A DNA stretch of 64,000 nucleotides, from NCBI GenBank assembly GCA_965277405.1, contig OZ255726.1, forward strand, positions 1,120,001-1,184,000, read 5' to 3'. The position numbers were made by a program, and so were the translations under genes. The notes under the pieces were generated by a model. That model was given only the letters and a program-made list of their open reading frames with translations, searched no databases and was not told the origin of the DNA. Shown piece after piece: positions 49,775-59,252 of the stretch (its first letter is position 1; each line of letters opens with the position of its first letter). This DNA is from Gammaproteobacteria bacterium. GTDB taxonomy: Bacteria > Pseudomonadota > Gammaproteobacteria > G965277405.

Positions 49775-51511
49775 ATGGCATTAGATCAAGCCAATTTAAT
49801 ACAAACGCCCGCCGCCCAAGTCACGATATCGGTTGTCAATGTCTCCAAGTTTTTTGGACCGACTCGTGCACTAGAAGGCTGCAGCTTTTCTGCGCGCGCC
49901 GGTGAAATTCACGCCATCGTGGGCGGTAACGGCAGCGGTAAAAGCACATTGGCAAAAATTGTTTCTGGTATATTGCCGATTGACCGTGGACAGGTCTCAA
50001 TTCTTGGAGAAACTCCGTCAACGCCAGCTGAAAGCCGCGCCATTGGGATTTCTACCGTCTATCAGGAAGTGCTAGTTGCTGACGAAAGCACGGTCGCCGA
50101 TAATTTGTTCATGGGCACAGACGCGCTTTTTTCTGCAAGCGTCTCTACACGCGACAAGGTTGATCGTGCCGCCACTCTTATGCACGAACTTGCTGGTGAA
50201 AAAGTTGACCCGTATGCATTGGTCGGTACTTTACCATTGGGAATCAAACAGTGGATCACCATCGGGCGCGGGTTGCTGCAAACACCACGTATTCTGATAC
50301 TGGACGAATCCTCGGCTGCCCTTGATTTTGACGGCACTGAACGGCTGTTCGCCAAGATACGAGAATCGCGCGATAATGGCACGACGGTCCTAATAGTGAC
50401 GCACCGCATTGCCGAATTGATCCGTATTTCTGACCGCGCTACGGTTTTGCGCGATGGTCGCGATGTCGGCGTACTTAAAAAAGCCGATATTACTGAAAAA
50501 AACCTGCTTGCCCTGATGACTGGTGAAGATCAAAGTGAAGCGCACCGCCATGTGACTGCCCCGCAACCGCTTGACCCGACACCGGTGATGCAGGTGCATG
50601 CATTGAAAGTTTGGAGCGATGCAGAAACTATGGATTTTGAGCTGTTGCAAGGAGAGATTGTTGGCATCGCTGGTCTTGACGGACACGGGCAGGACGAATT
50701 TGTGCGAATTTTGGCAGGGGTGATGCCTGCGGCAATAGGGAAGCCCATGGTTGCGGACCGCACAGGAATCTTGCAGCCGATTCAAACGCTAAGAGACGCG
50801 GTTAACGCTAAAATTGCCTACGTTTCAGGTGATCGTAAGCGCGAAGGAATCTTTGACTCCCTCAGCATTTTTGAAAATATGCTGATGCCACTTTACCGCG
50901 AGAAACGACGCGCGGGCAAATTAGGCATCATTGACTGGACAGCGCTGCGTGCAATTTTCAACCGCGAGGTTGAAACCCTGATGATCAAATTCGACTTAGA
51001 GAGCGACAAAATCACCTCACTATCTGGCGGCAATCAGCAAAAATTATTAATCGGTCGTGGCTTTGCCATGCGCCCGAATATTATCGTGCTGAATGATCCA
51101 GCTCGGGGCATTGATGTCGGGGCTAAATCAGAGCTTTACCAACATCTTCTGGGCTTTGCGCAAAGCGGTAAGTCGGTTATTTACATGTCGAGCGAATTGG
51201 AGGAGTTTATAGGCTTTGCCACGCGTGTTATCGTTTTTCGCAACGGCAGTCAGTTTGACGCTTTTGCAGGTGAATCTGTTGACGGCAAGAGCATTTTGGC
51301 AGCAATGTTCGGTCAGACCAATCGTTCTGGATTGAAAACCAGGAATGGTACTCCCGATAATTCGCCAAAAGCAACGCGCGCAACTAAGGACAAGCTAACT
51401 GTTGCCAGCGTGAGTCCGCAACTGGGAAATCCTCAAGTTGCGTCAAGACCAAGTATAAAAATTCTTGAATTCGGTCAGGCCGGAGAAAAACGCCAGATGT
51501 ATACAAAATGA
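49775..51511 (+). CDS. ABC transporter ATP-binding protein (two NBDs) with C-terminal extension
   Basis: GGNGSGKS, LILDESSAALD, LSGGNQQK, LNDPARGIDVGAK. Confidence 0.92.
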   Translation: MALDQANLIQTPAAQVTISVVNVSKFFGPTRALEGCSFSARAGEIHAIVGGNGSGKSTLAKIVSGILPIDRGQVSILGETPSTPAESRAIGISTVYQEVLVADESTVADNLFMGTDALFSASVSTRDKVDRAATLMHELAGEKVDPYALVGTLPLGIKQWITIGRGLLQTPRILILDESSAALDFDGTERLFAKIRESRDNGTTVLIVTHRIAELIRISDRATVLRDGRDVGVLKKADITEKNLLALMTGEDQSEAHRHVTAPQPLDPTPVMQVHALKVWSDAETMDFELLQGEIVGIAGLDGHGQDEFVRILAGVMPAAIGKPMVADRTGILQPIQTLRDAVNAKIAYVSGDRKREGIFDSLSIFENMLMPLYREKRRAGKLGIIDWTALRAIFNREVETLMIKFDLESDKITSLSGGNQQKLLIGRGFAMRPNIIVLNDPARGIDVGAKSELYQHLLGFAQSGKSVIYMSSELEEFIGFATRVIVFRNGSQFDAFAGESVDGKSILAAMFGQTNRSGLKTRNGTPDNSPKATRATKDKLTVASVSPQLGNPQVASRPSIKILEFGQAGEKRQMYTK

Positions 51512-51524
51512 GCTAAACATCCAT

Positions 51525-52922
51525 ATGACTCAGTATCACGAAGACTACAAACGACAAGACGGAGGTGTTTCAAGCTCCTACCTGCTGGTGCCTATATCTG
51601 TGTTGTTCATCCTGCTAATTGCCGCTGTGATCAGGTCGCCATCATTGATTTCCAGTTCCGGCATCGGGGCGGCAATTATTGTGTCGGCGCCGCTTATTCT
51701 GGCGACCTATGCGCTGATGGTAAATGCCACCTCTGGGCGTGGCACAATTGATCTATCGGTCGGCCCGCTAATTGGTTTTATTAATGTAACCATCATCCAG
51801 TTGACGGCATCTGGGATTATCGGATCACCGATTTCAATATTCCTGTTCGCCTTGATGGTTGGTATTGCTTATCAACTAGTGATGGGGCTGATCATCATCT
51901 TTGTGCGGGTGCAGCCTATAATCGTGTCGCTAAGCGGGTTTCTGGCGCTTGCTGGCATCAATCTAGTTATCCTGCCCCGTCCTGGCGGGCTAGCACCACA
52001 GTGGATGCTGTCTTGGGGTGCTGGCACAACAATATTGTCGCCAGTTCTGTGGATTTTGGTTGTGGCGACACTAGGGTGGTTGCTCTTCACCAGAACCGCA
52101 TTTTACACCCATCTGCGGTTGATGGGGTCTGACGAACGCGCGGCCTATACCAGTGGTGTTCCCATCACCATTGTCCGCCTTGGAGCGCATGTAATTGCAG
52201 GAATATTCAGTGGGTTGGCGGCAATCACCTTTACCTCGCTCATTAGTTCTGGGGATCCAAGCCAAGGCACGACCTATACCCTTATTGCGGTGACAGCACT
52301 GGTTCTGGGTGGCACCTCACTAGCTGGAGGTCGGGGCACGGTCATAGGGTCGTTGTGCGGGGCGGTGAACCTGTATCTGATTACATATGTTTTAGCAACC
52401 TTCAACTTTGGCGCGGTACAAAGTTTTGTGACGGATCTGGCCTATGGCTTGATACTGGTTGCGTCGCTGTTGCTCACACTAGCCCTGCCGTTCATCCAAC
52501 GCCATATTCGTAATTTCTCTCCGTTACTCTACTTTGTGGTTCTTGCGGTTGTGGCGTTTGGAGTCATTCTGCATGCCACCTTCGACTACGATGCGTTGCG
52601 TCTAGCAGTGTCGGCACAGGAGGGATCAGGCGCCATTGTGGCCGCGTCGTTCGAACCTGCGAATTTTGCAGGTCCATTCGAAACCGCGCTGCTGAGCAAC
52701 AGTGACACCAAGCTGCGTAGCTATGCCAGACCAATGATCCTAGCTGGATTGCTGCTTATTCTGATTCCAGTTTTGTTGCGCGTCTTAGTTTCGCAATCCA
52801 ATCGCCGTGATATCGGGCCGCTGGTCGCTCTTGTCATCGCCGCGCTGGTTCTGCTGAGCGGCTATTTCCTCAGCCGCAGTCCAGAACTGCCATTGCTAAC
52901 TAAAACGCAGGTTTCACAATGA
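51525..52922 (+). CDS. ABC transporter permease with extra C-terminal TM segments
   Basis: IDLSVGP, GSDERAAYTSG, LVLGGTSLAGGRG. Confidence 0.87.
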   Translation: MTQYHEDYKRQDGGVSSSYLLVPISVLFILLIAAVIRSPSLISSSGIGAAIIVSAPLILATYALMVNATSGRGTIDLSVGPLIGFINVTIIQLTASGIIGSPISIFLFALMVGIAYQLVMGLIIIFVRVQPIIVSLSGFLALAGINLVILPRPGGLAPQWMLSWGAGTTILSPVLWILVVATLGWLLFTRTAFYTHLRLMGSDERAAYTSGVPITIVRLGAHVIAGIFSGLAAITFTSLISSGDPSQGTTYTLIAVTALVLGGTSLAGGRGTVIGSLCGAVNLYLITYVLATFNFGAVQSFVTDLAYGLILVASLLLTLALPFIQRHIRNFSPLLYFVVLAVVAFGVILHATFDYDALRLAVSAQEGSGAIVAASFEPANFAGPFETALLSNSDTKLRSYARPMILAGLLLILIPVLLRVLVSQSNRRDIGPLVALVIAALVLLSGYFLSRSPELPLLTKTQVSQ

Positions 52923-54301
52923 CGAATTCTATGGCGCGTACCAGAGAAAACGGCACCTTGCTGGCGAGACTAATCGGTCTTGTTCTAGCGATTTCCTTGG
53001 CTGGGACTGGCGTGATTATCGGCTTTGTGCAGGACCAACCAGCGCAACAGGTCATCCTGTATGCCGTGGCAACATTGGCCCTGTCTGCATGGGCGTGGCG
53101 GTATTTTCTATTGCAGTTCCACAGTTTAGAACACAATGGTGGTTCGGTTGACGAACTAGGAGCGCTGCGCCTGACATGGAAAAAATACCGCTATGGTGCG
53201 CTCGGGGTTACGATTCTGTTGCTGAGCTTTATTACTCTGTCGCTGACAATCAACGGGTTCTTCAGTCTCTGGAGCGTCCTCTCTGCGCTGATTCTGCTGG
53301 TTATTCTGTTGGTGACACTAACCGTCGGGAAATTCGTTTCAGAAAACAAAAGTGCGTTTATTGGGCTTATGGTTCTGGTCGGGATGTTTTCAATAGGCTC
53401 TATGAATATCGAAGGGTTTTCTGCTGCGAACAACATCAAGTCGATGCTGTTGTTCGCGGCCTTCCTTGGGCTGGCCAGTGTCGGGCAAACACTCGTCGCT
53501 CTGCTAGGCGGGCTTGATTTGTCGATTCCGTTTGTGATCGGCTCGGCCAATGTTGGGCTGCTGTACATGATCAGCATCGGTGTTCCACCGTGGCTGGCAA
53601 CAATCCTAACGTTACTACTGGGGGCGATTGTTGGGGCGATCAACGGAATCATGAGCTTTCGCCTCCAGGGACAGGCGCTGATTTTGACACTTGGTATGGG
53701 GTTTGCGATTTCGGGAGGTACTCAGATACTGACATCAATCGGGACGGCATACAGCGGCAATGTGTTTGCAACTGTGCCAGGATGGCTTAGCAACCTGTCC
53801 GCCATGAATGGGAACACCTTTGGAATGTCATTCCCGCCAGTCATCGCCATATGGGTTTTGGTGGCGATAGTCCTAATAGTGGGCATGCGGCATACGGTTG
53901 CCGGTCGTTATTTGTATGCGCTGGGGGTCAACCGTGTTTCGGCAAGCCGCGTTTCGATATCAGAGCGGGTTTACTGGGTCGTGATGTATACCCTCAGCGG
54001 GTTCTTTTCAGCGATGACTGGTGCCTTGTTGCTGGGCTGGAGCGGCGGCGGATTTATCGGTGTCGGTGACAATTACCTGTTTATGACGCTAGCAGCAGTG
54101 GTTGTCGGGGGTACTTCGTTGCTGGGGGGGATAGGCGGCTATGGATTCACGGTGATTGGGGTGCTCGTACTACAGGTTCTAACGTCATTCCTTGTTGGTA
54201 TCGGGCTGAATTTTGAATGGCAGCAATTCATCTTTGGTCTGCTCATTCTACCGATGGTGGCGCTGTATGCGCGCTCACCTCACATACGCACACAGATTTA
54301 G
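52919..54301 (+). CDS. ABC transporter permease with extra N-terminal TM segments
   Basis: GQTLVALLGGLDLSIP, GAING, AAVVVGGTSLLGG. Confidence 0.87.
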   Translation: MTNSMARTRENGTLLARLIGLVLAISLAGTGVIIGFVQDQPAQQVILYAVATLALSAWAWRYFLLQFHSLEHNGGSVDELGALRLTWKKYRYGALGVTILLLSFITLSLTINGFFSLWSVLSALILLVILLVTLTVGKFVSENKSAFIGLMVLVGMFSIGSMNIEGFSAANNIKSMLLFAAFLGLASVGQTLVALLGGLDLSIPFVIGSANVGLLYMISIGVPPWLATILTLLLGAIVGAINGIMSFRLQGQALILTLGMGFAISGGTQILTSIGTAYSGNVFATVPGWLSNLSAMNGNTFGMSFPPVIAIWVLVAIVLIVGMRHTVAGRYLYALGVNRVSASRVSISERVYWVVMYTLSGFFSAMTGALLLGWSGGGFIGVGDNYLFMTLAAVVVGGTSLLGGIGGYGFTVIGVLVLQVLTSFLVGIGLNFEWQQFIFGLLILPMVALYARSPHIRTQI

Positions 54302-54350
54302 AAAAAACGCTTATGAAACATAGATATACTAGCAATATTGGGAGGACACT

Positions 54351-55109
54351 GTGAACCCTCCGATCCTTGCAACCATTGATCTAACTGGCGCCAGTTATTC
54401 TGCGACTCTTTTGGGCTTGATCGCCACAACAGTATTGCTGCTGATGGGAACTGGCTGGGTCGCACGGGGCTGGAAATTGCCAGTAACGCTGTGTGCCGTG
54501 GCAGCTCTTGTCGGGGCGCTGGCATTGTTTGAAGCCCGTCATGTATGGCTAATCACAGCCGAAGTGCCAATAGTTTATCACTATGTTGGCTGGTTTATTT
54601 CAATGCCGCTGCAAGTGATGGCCTTGTATTTTCTGGCGCGCCAAGTTGTGGCGTTATCGGTTGCGCTGTTTTGGCGTTTAATCGTTACTTCGATGCTGAT
54701 GATCCTAGTGCGATATCTAGGTGAGGCAGGTTTCATGCATGCAACGCTGGCATTTTTGATTGGTATTGTTTTCTGGCTGTATATTTTGGGCGAGCTTTTC
54801 TTCGGGCGGGCGAACGAAGCTATTTTTAAAAGCTCGAACCCCTGTATTCAGCGTGGATATTTCTGGTTACGGCTGATCGTGACCGTTGGCTGGGCGGTAT
54901 ACCCGCTTGGCAATTTCATCACTAGTTTCGGTGGCTATGTCGATCATGGCGGGTTGAGCGTTACCTATAATATTGCTGACTTCCTGAATCGGATGGCATT
55001 TGGGCTGGCTGTATTGGCAACCGCAATCTTTGCCGCCGCGGAGGATGTGGCATGCCTGGTGCCAAGTGCGGGTAACAAGAAAACTACACAACTGGAGAGA
55101 CGGCAATGA
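54351..55109 (+). CDS. Proteorhodopsin-like 7TM protein lacking the retinal-binding lysine (flotillin-associated rhodopsin type)
   Basis: Colinear with proteorhodopsin: WKLPVTL, VYHYVGWFISMPLQ (cf. VFRYIDWLLTVPLL), YLGEAG, GWAVYPLG, YNIADFLNRMAFG (cf. YNLADFVNKILFG). Confidence 0.88.
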   Translation: MNPPILATIDLTGASYSATLLGLIATTVLLLMGTGWVARGWKLPVTLCAVAALVGALALFEARHVWLITAEVPIVYHYVGWFISMPLQVMALYFLARQVVALSVALFWRLIVTSMLMILVRYLGEAGFMHATLAFLIGIVFWLYILGELFFGRANEAIFKSSNPCIQRGYFWLRLIVTVGWAVYPLGNFITSFGGYVDHGGLSVTYNIADFLNRMAFGLAVLATAIFAAAEDVACLVPSAGNKKTTQLERRQ

Positions 55110-56809
55110 ACGGAGCAGACATCATCGCAATCATTATTCTGGCGGCAATAGTTATTGCCGTACTCGCCTATCTTCTTCACTGGCTTTACCGCCATTCCAG
55201 CAAGGACATCTCTTTTGTGCGAACTGGATTTCGTGGTGAAAAAATCATCATGGGTGGTGGAGCATTGGTGCTGCCAATCGTACATGACCTGACTGAAGTC
55301 AACATGAACACGCTGCGTCTGGAAGTGCTCCGGGCGCGTGAGAAATCATTGATCACCAAGGATCGGATGCGGATTGAGCTGGAAGTCGAGTTTTACGTAC
55401 GTGTCATCCCGACTAAAGACGCAGTAGCAACTGCAGCTCGCACATTGGGCAAGCGCACGATGAACCCAGAAAGCCTGCGTGATCTCATTCAAGGACGCTT
55501 TGTCGATGCAATGGGAGCGGTTGCTGCATCCATGGCAATGGAAGAAATTCACGAAAACCGATCGACATTCATCAAGGCAATTCGAACCGAGGTTGCCGAC
55601 AGTCTGAGCATGAACGGACTGGAGCTAGAAACAGTTTCGCTAACTTCGCTTGAGCAAACCGATATCAAGCTATTTAACCCATCAAATGCTTTCGACGCAG
55701 AGGGTCTGACCCGCCTGACCGAGGAAATCGAAAAGCGCAAGAAAAAACGTAATGACATCGAGCAGGACACCATGATCGCGATTCGCGAGAAAAATTTGGA
55801 GGCGGAAAAACTCACTTTGAATATCCAGCGCGACAGCGAATACGCCCGCCTTGCCGAAGACAGCGAAGTAGCGATGCGCCGGGCTGAGCAAAAGACTAAA
55901 GTCGAACAAATGAACGCCGCTAAAGAGCGTGAGATTGAGATAGCAAGACTTATCGAGCGTGAAGAAGTCGAGTGTCGCCGTATCCAGATGGAACAAAAAC
56001 TTGAGGCCATGGAAATCAAACGTCAGGAGGCCCGCGAACTTGATGAGCAACAACGCGAGATCGCAGTATCTATTAAATCCAAGGAACGCTCTGAGGCGCA
56101 GGTGCAAGCGGAAACTACCCGTGCAACAATGATGGAAGCACGGGAAAAAACCCACACTGTGCGTGACATGGAAATAGCAAACCGACTCAAAATGGTAGAG
56201 TTGGTTGCTGCCGAGAAGGAGGCCGAGCGTCAGGCAATCGGTGTCAAAACGCAGGCTGAAGCGGAAAAGTCAGCCGCATTAGATCGAGCGGAGGCAGACC
56301 GGATTGCGGTTGCGGCATTGCAACAACGGCTTGCCGTTGAGGCCGAAGGCAAGCGCGCGCTTAATGTGGCAGAAAACCTACGTTCGGATGCCAGCCGTAA
56401 AAGCGCGCTGCACCAGCGTCTGGTGGAAAATCTGCCCGATATAATCCGCGAAAGCGTCAAGCCGATGGAAAAAATCAACGAAATCAAGATTGTCCATGTC
56501 GAAGGACTGCCTGGTCTATCCCGCGGCGGTAGCAACGATGGCTCAAGCAACGCAGATGGTAGTGCCCCACGCGACGGCAATCTTGCCGATCAGGTGGTGA
56601 ATTCGGCCTTGCGATATCGTGCGCAGGCGCCGTTTGTCGACACGCTGCTAGGAGATATCGGCATGTCTGGTGAAAACATCCACCGGATGGAAGGTCTACA
56701 GGACTTATCCAAGATTATCTATACCGAACCCAGCGGAGCAAAACCTGCTGAACCTGCGCAGCCTAAAGTAAAAAAAACAAATAATCTTGCAAATAATCTT
56801 GCAGAATAG
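55106..56809 (+). CDS. Flotillin (SPFH/band 7 + coiled coil)
   Basis: N-terminal TM, FVRTGFRG..GGALVLPIVH, LITKDRMR, FNPSNAFDAEGLT, AE-rich coiled coil, LPDIIRESVKPMEKI. Confidence 0.92.
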   Translation: MNGADIIAIIILAAIVIAVLAYLLHWLYRHSSKDISFVRTGFRGEKIIMGGGALVLPIVHDLTEVNMNTLRLEVLRAREKSLITKDRMRIELEVEFYVRVIPTKDAVATAARTLGKRTMNPESLRDLIQGRFVDAMGAVAASMAMEEIHENRSTFIKAIRTEVADSLSMNGLELETVSLTSLEQTDIKLFNPSNAFDAEGLTRLTEEIEKRKKKRNDIEQDTMIAIREKNLEAEKLTLNIQRDSEYARLAEDSEVAMRRAEQKTKVEQMNAAKEREIEIARLIEREEVECRRIQMEQKLEAMEIKRQEARELDEQQREIAVSIKSKERSEAQVQAETTRATMMEAREKTHTVRDMEIANRLKMVELVAAEKEAERQAIGVKTQAEAEKSAALDRAEADRIAVAALQQRLAVEAEGKRALNVAENLRSDASRKSALHQRLVENLPDIIRESVKPMEKINEIKIVHVEGLPGLSRGGSNDGSSNADGSAPRDGNLADQVVNSALRYRAQAPFVDTLLGDIGMSGENIHRMEGLQDLSKIIYTEPSGAKPAEPAQPKVKKTNNLANNLAE

Positions 56810-56853
56810 GCTGGCTCTGCCTGTTCTGAAAGACTGACAAGGAGGCAATCAAG

Positions 56854-57279
56854 TTGGAAACATCACAAAAAATTGAACGTGGTATCATTGTATTCTGTAA
56901 CTGGACGGTGTTCGGACTGGTCGGGCTCGGTTTGCTGATGGAAGGCGGTGCGCGCGACAGTTTTTTGCTTGGATCGGTCGGGGTCGGCAGCATCATCGTC
57001 GGATTTTCTGGTCATATCTTAGTTAATTCAATTTTCCAACAATCCTTTACCTTGGGTGAGACGGTGCTAGGGCTGGGATTGTTCGCAATATTTGTACTGA
57101 CATTTATTGCATTATGGATTGGTGGAGGGTTATCGAGGGTAGATTTTAATATAGGGCTGAGTCTGTTGGCAGTCCTTGTGGCCGAGTTCTTGGTGTATGT
57201 GATCAGCCGCTATGGCTTGCGCGGCGCGTTCAAGCGCTTTGACGTTATCCCGACAACTGGGTTAGGAAACGGGAAATGA
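56854..57279 (+). CDS. Hypothetical 4-TM membrane protein
   Basis: Four hydrophobic segments, AGGAGG RBS, ATGA overlap with the next gene. Confidence 0.7.
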   Translation: METSQKIERGIIVFCNWTVFGLVGLGLLMEGGARDSFLLGSVGVGSIIVGFSGHILVNSIFQQSFTLGETVLGLGLFAIFVLTFIALWIGGGLSRVDFNIGLSLLAVLVAEFLVYVISRYGLRGAFKRFDVIPTTGLGNGK

Positions 57280-59231
57280 GCCAGTCTGACCCTAAGGTAT
57301 GGTTGGCGCTGTATTTTCTGGTCTACTGCGCCTTGTCCCTATTTTGGGCACGCCGGTCTGCTTTACTCAATGATGGTCCTGCGGGATTCTTTGTGGCGAA
57401 TAATGCTCTGCCAGTCTGGGTCGTGGCATTGGTCATGACAGGGGCCAGTCTGTCGGGCTGGGTAGTGCTAGGTTTTCCAGAAATAATTGCAACGCAAGGA
57501 TTTGGTTTTGCCATGCTTGGGTTGGCAGGAATTATCTTGCCGCTTGCTGGGGTGTTGTTTTTCAAACGTCAGTGGCTGCTGGGGCGGCATTTTAGCATAT
57601 CCAGTCAGGGCGTCCTGTTTACTCGGCATTTCGGTGGCTGGGGTCTTTCGGTGATTTCAGCGGGTATTGCCGTAGTGTTTGCCATAGGGTTCAGCGGCAT
57701 GCAGCTGCGAGCATTAGGGGGTATTCTGGCGCAGGCTTCTGGGGACATGTTAAATGCTGCGACCATCATCTGGGCCATTTCATTATTGCTATTCTCCTAT
57801 GTGGTGATCGGTGGAATGCGCGCAATTGGCTATCTTGGTGCCATGCAAACGGTTTTAATTGGGCTGTTTATAGTCGGGCTAACTGTTTTGCTGCTGGTAA
57901 CCTCGGATGGTTTTTCTGCTTTGAACCAGCATCTTGCGGCAATATCGCAGTCTGGCAAGGCGCAGCAAACCAATCTATTTCAGGTAGCAGGCGTCATTCA
58001 GTTTACCGCTGGTATTGGCCTTGAAAACCCAGTGGGTGGCCAATGGAGCGCGGTGATGATTTTGAGCACTGCAATGACGCTGATGGGGTTTCAGGCCAGT
58101 CCAATGGCCACCCAGTTAATTTTGAGCGCGCGCGGTGCGAACGGGCTTGCGGCCGGACAGACATGGGTGATGGCAGCTGTTTTTGGTGGATTTGTAGTCT
58201 TTGGAGTTATTCTAATCGGTGCACAAGGTCTGGTTGCAGGTGACAGCACCGTGTTGGGGAGCATGCTGGCGCAGTTGGGGTTTGATTCTCCTTGGTTTAT
58301 GGCCTCACTATCATTAGGGGCCGTTGCGGCGGTACAAATTGTAGCGGGTCTCAGCCTGTTGAGTGCAGCCACGGCATTGGTATGCGACATCTACATTCCT
58401 TTTTTTCATAAAGGACTGGGAGCGACCCGCGCAGTTTTGCTGGCCCGCATTCTTGTTGGGTTATTACTGTTGACTTCGATTCTTCTTGCCTTGTTGGACC
58501 CGGTCAGTCTCTCGTCTATCGGCGCGATTGCCTTGCCGATCGCATTTCAACTCTGGCCTGCCTTGCTTGGTCTGTGCTGGTTGCGCTGGATCAGCCGTCA
58601 AGCTGCCACGGCAGGAGTCGTAATCGGAATTTTAGCGGTGTTGGTGACAGATAAGCTGGGTGGTGATGTGCTTGGTTTTCTTGGACTTAATCTGCCATGG
58701 GGACGATGGCCTTGGACGATTCACTCGGCTGCGTGGGGGATGTTTTTCAATCTTCTGGCTGTTGTCACGATTTCGGCAATCACCTTGGGACGTGGACATT
58801 CTGCAACTGCGCCGCAAATGTGGGACTTTCTACGCCAACACGCTCCAGTTAGTGTTGAAGCCCGCGCGCTGAAAGCTGTGGGCTGGTCGGTAATTCTGGC
58901 ATGGTTTTTTCTGGCACTTGGTCCTGGTATAGTGCTGGCAAATCAGGCGTTTGGTACGGCTGGCGCAGGAATTGCAGGCTGGCGTGTCACAATGCCGTCG
59001 CTTTGGGCGTGGTCCCTTGTGTTCTGGGTGCTGGGCGTGTTGCTGATCTGGTTTCTGTCTTATCGACTGGAATTGGCGACTGCCCCCACCAAGGACATTC
59101 CACTGGCGGTAGATCAGCCCCGCCTACCAGCTACCAACACTCGTATGCAGGAGGGCGAGCTGGTTCGCCTCGTTCGCACTGTTGCAATCATTGCCAGTGG
59201 CATTGCACTCGTCGTCTGGATTTTCGGCTGA
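57276..59231 (+). CDS. Sodium:solute symporter family protein
   Basis: FFVANNALP, ASLSGWVVLGFP, YVVIGGMRA, many TM segments, PWGRWPWTIHSAAWG. Confidence 0.8.
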   Translation: MSQSDPKVWLALYFLVYCALSLFWARRSALLNDGPAGFFVANNALPVWVVALVMTGASLSGWVVLGFPEIIATQGFGFAMLGLAGIILPLAGVLFFKRQWLLGRHFSISSQGVLFTRHFGGWGLSVISAGIAVVFAIGFSGMQLRALGGILAQASGDMLNAATIIWAISLLLFSYVVIGGMRAIGYLGAMQTVLIGLFIVGLTVLLLVTSDGFSALNQHLAAISQSGKAQQTNLFQVAGVIQFTAGIGLENPVGGQWSAVMILSTAMTLMGFQASPMATQLILSARGANGLAAGQTWVMAAVFGGFVVFGVILIGAQGLVAGDSTVLGSMLAQLGFDSPWFMASLSLGAVAAVQIVAGLSLLSAATALVCDIYIPFFHKGLGATRAVLLARILVGLLLLTSILLALLDPVSLSSIGAIALPIAFQLWPALLGLCWLRWISRQAATAGVVIGILAVLVTDKLGGDVLGFLGLNLPWGRWPWTIHSAAWGMFFNLLAVVTISAITLGRGHSATAPQMWDFLRQHAPVSVEARALKAVGWSVILAWFFLALGPGIVLANQAFGTAGAGIAGWRVTMPSLWAWSLVFWVLGVLLIWFLSYRLELATAPTKDIPLAVDQPRLPATNTRMQEGELVRLVRTVAIIASGIALVVWIFG

Positions 59232-59252
59232 TTGTAAAATGAGAGAAACCAT

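Noticed and set aside
54351-55109. Functional light-driven proton pump
   Set aside because: The Schiff-base Lys and the DTE motif are all replaced.
8550-56580. Many antisense ORFs of 60-200 aa inside real genes (e.g. 8550-9161, 33710-34285, 55549-56155)
   Set aside because: Shadow frames of well-supported genes with no recognisable motifs.
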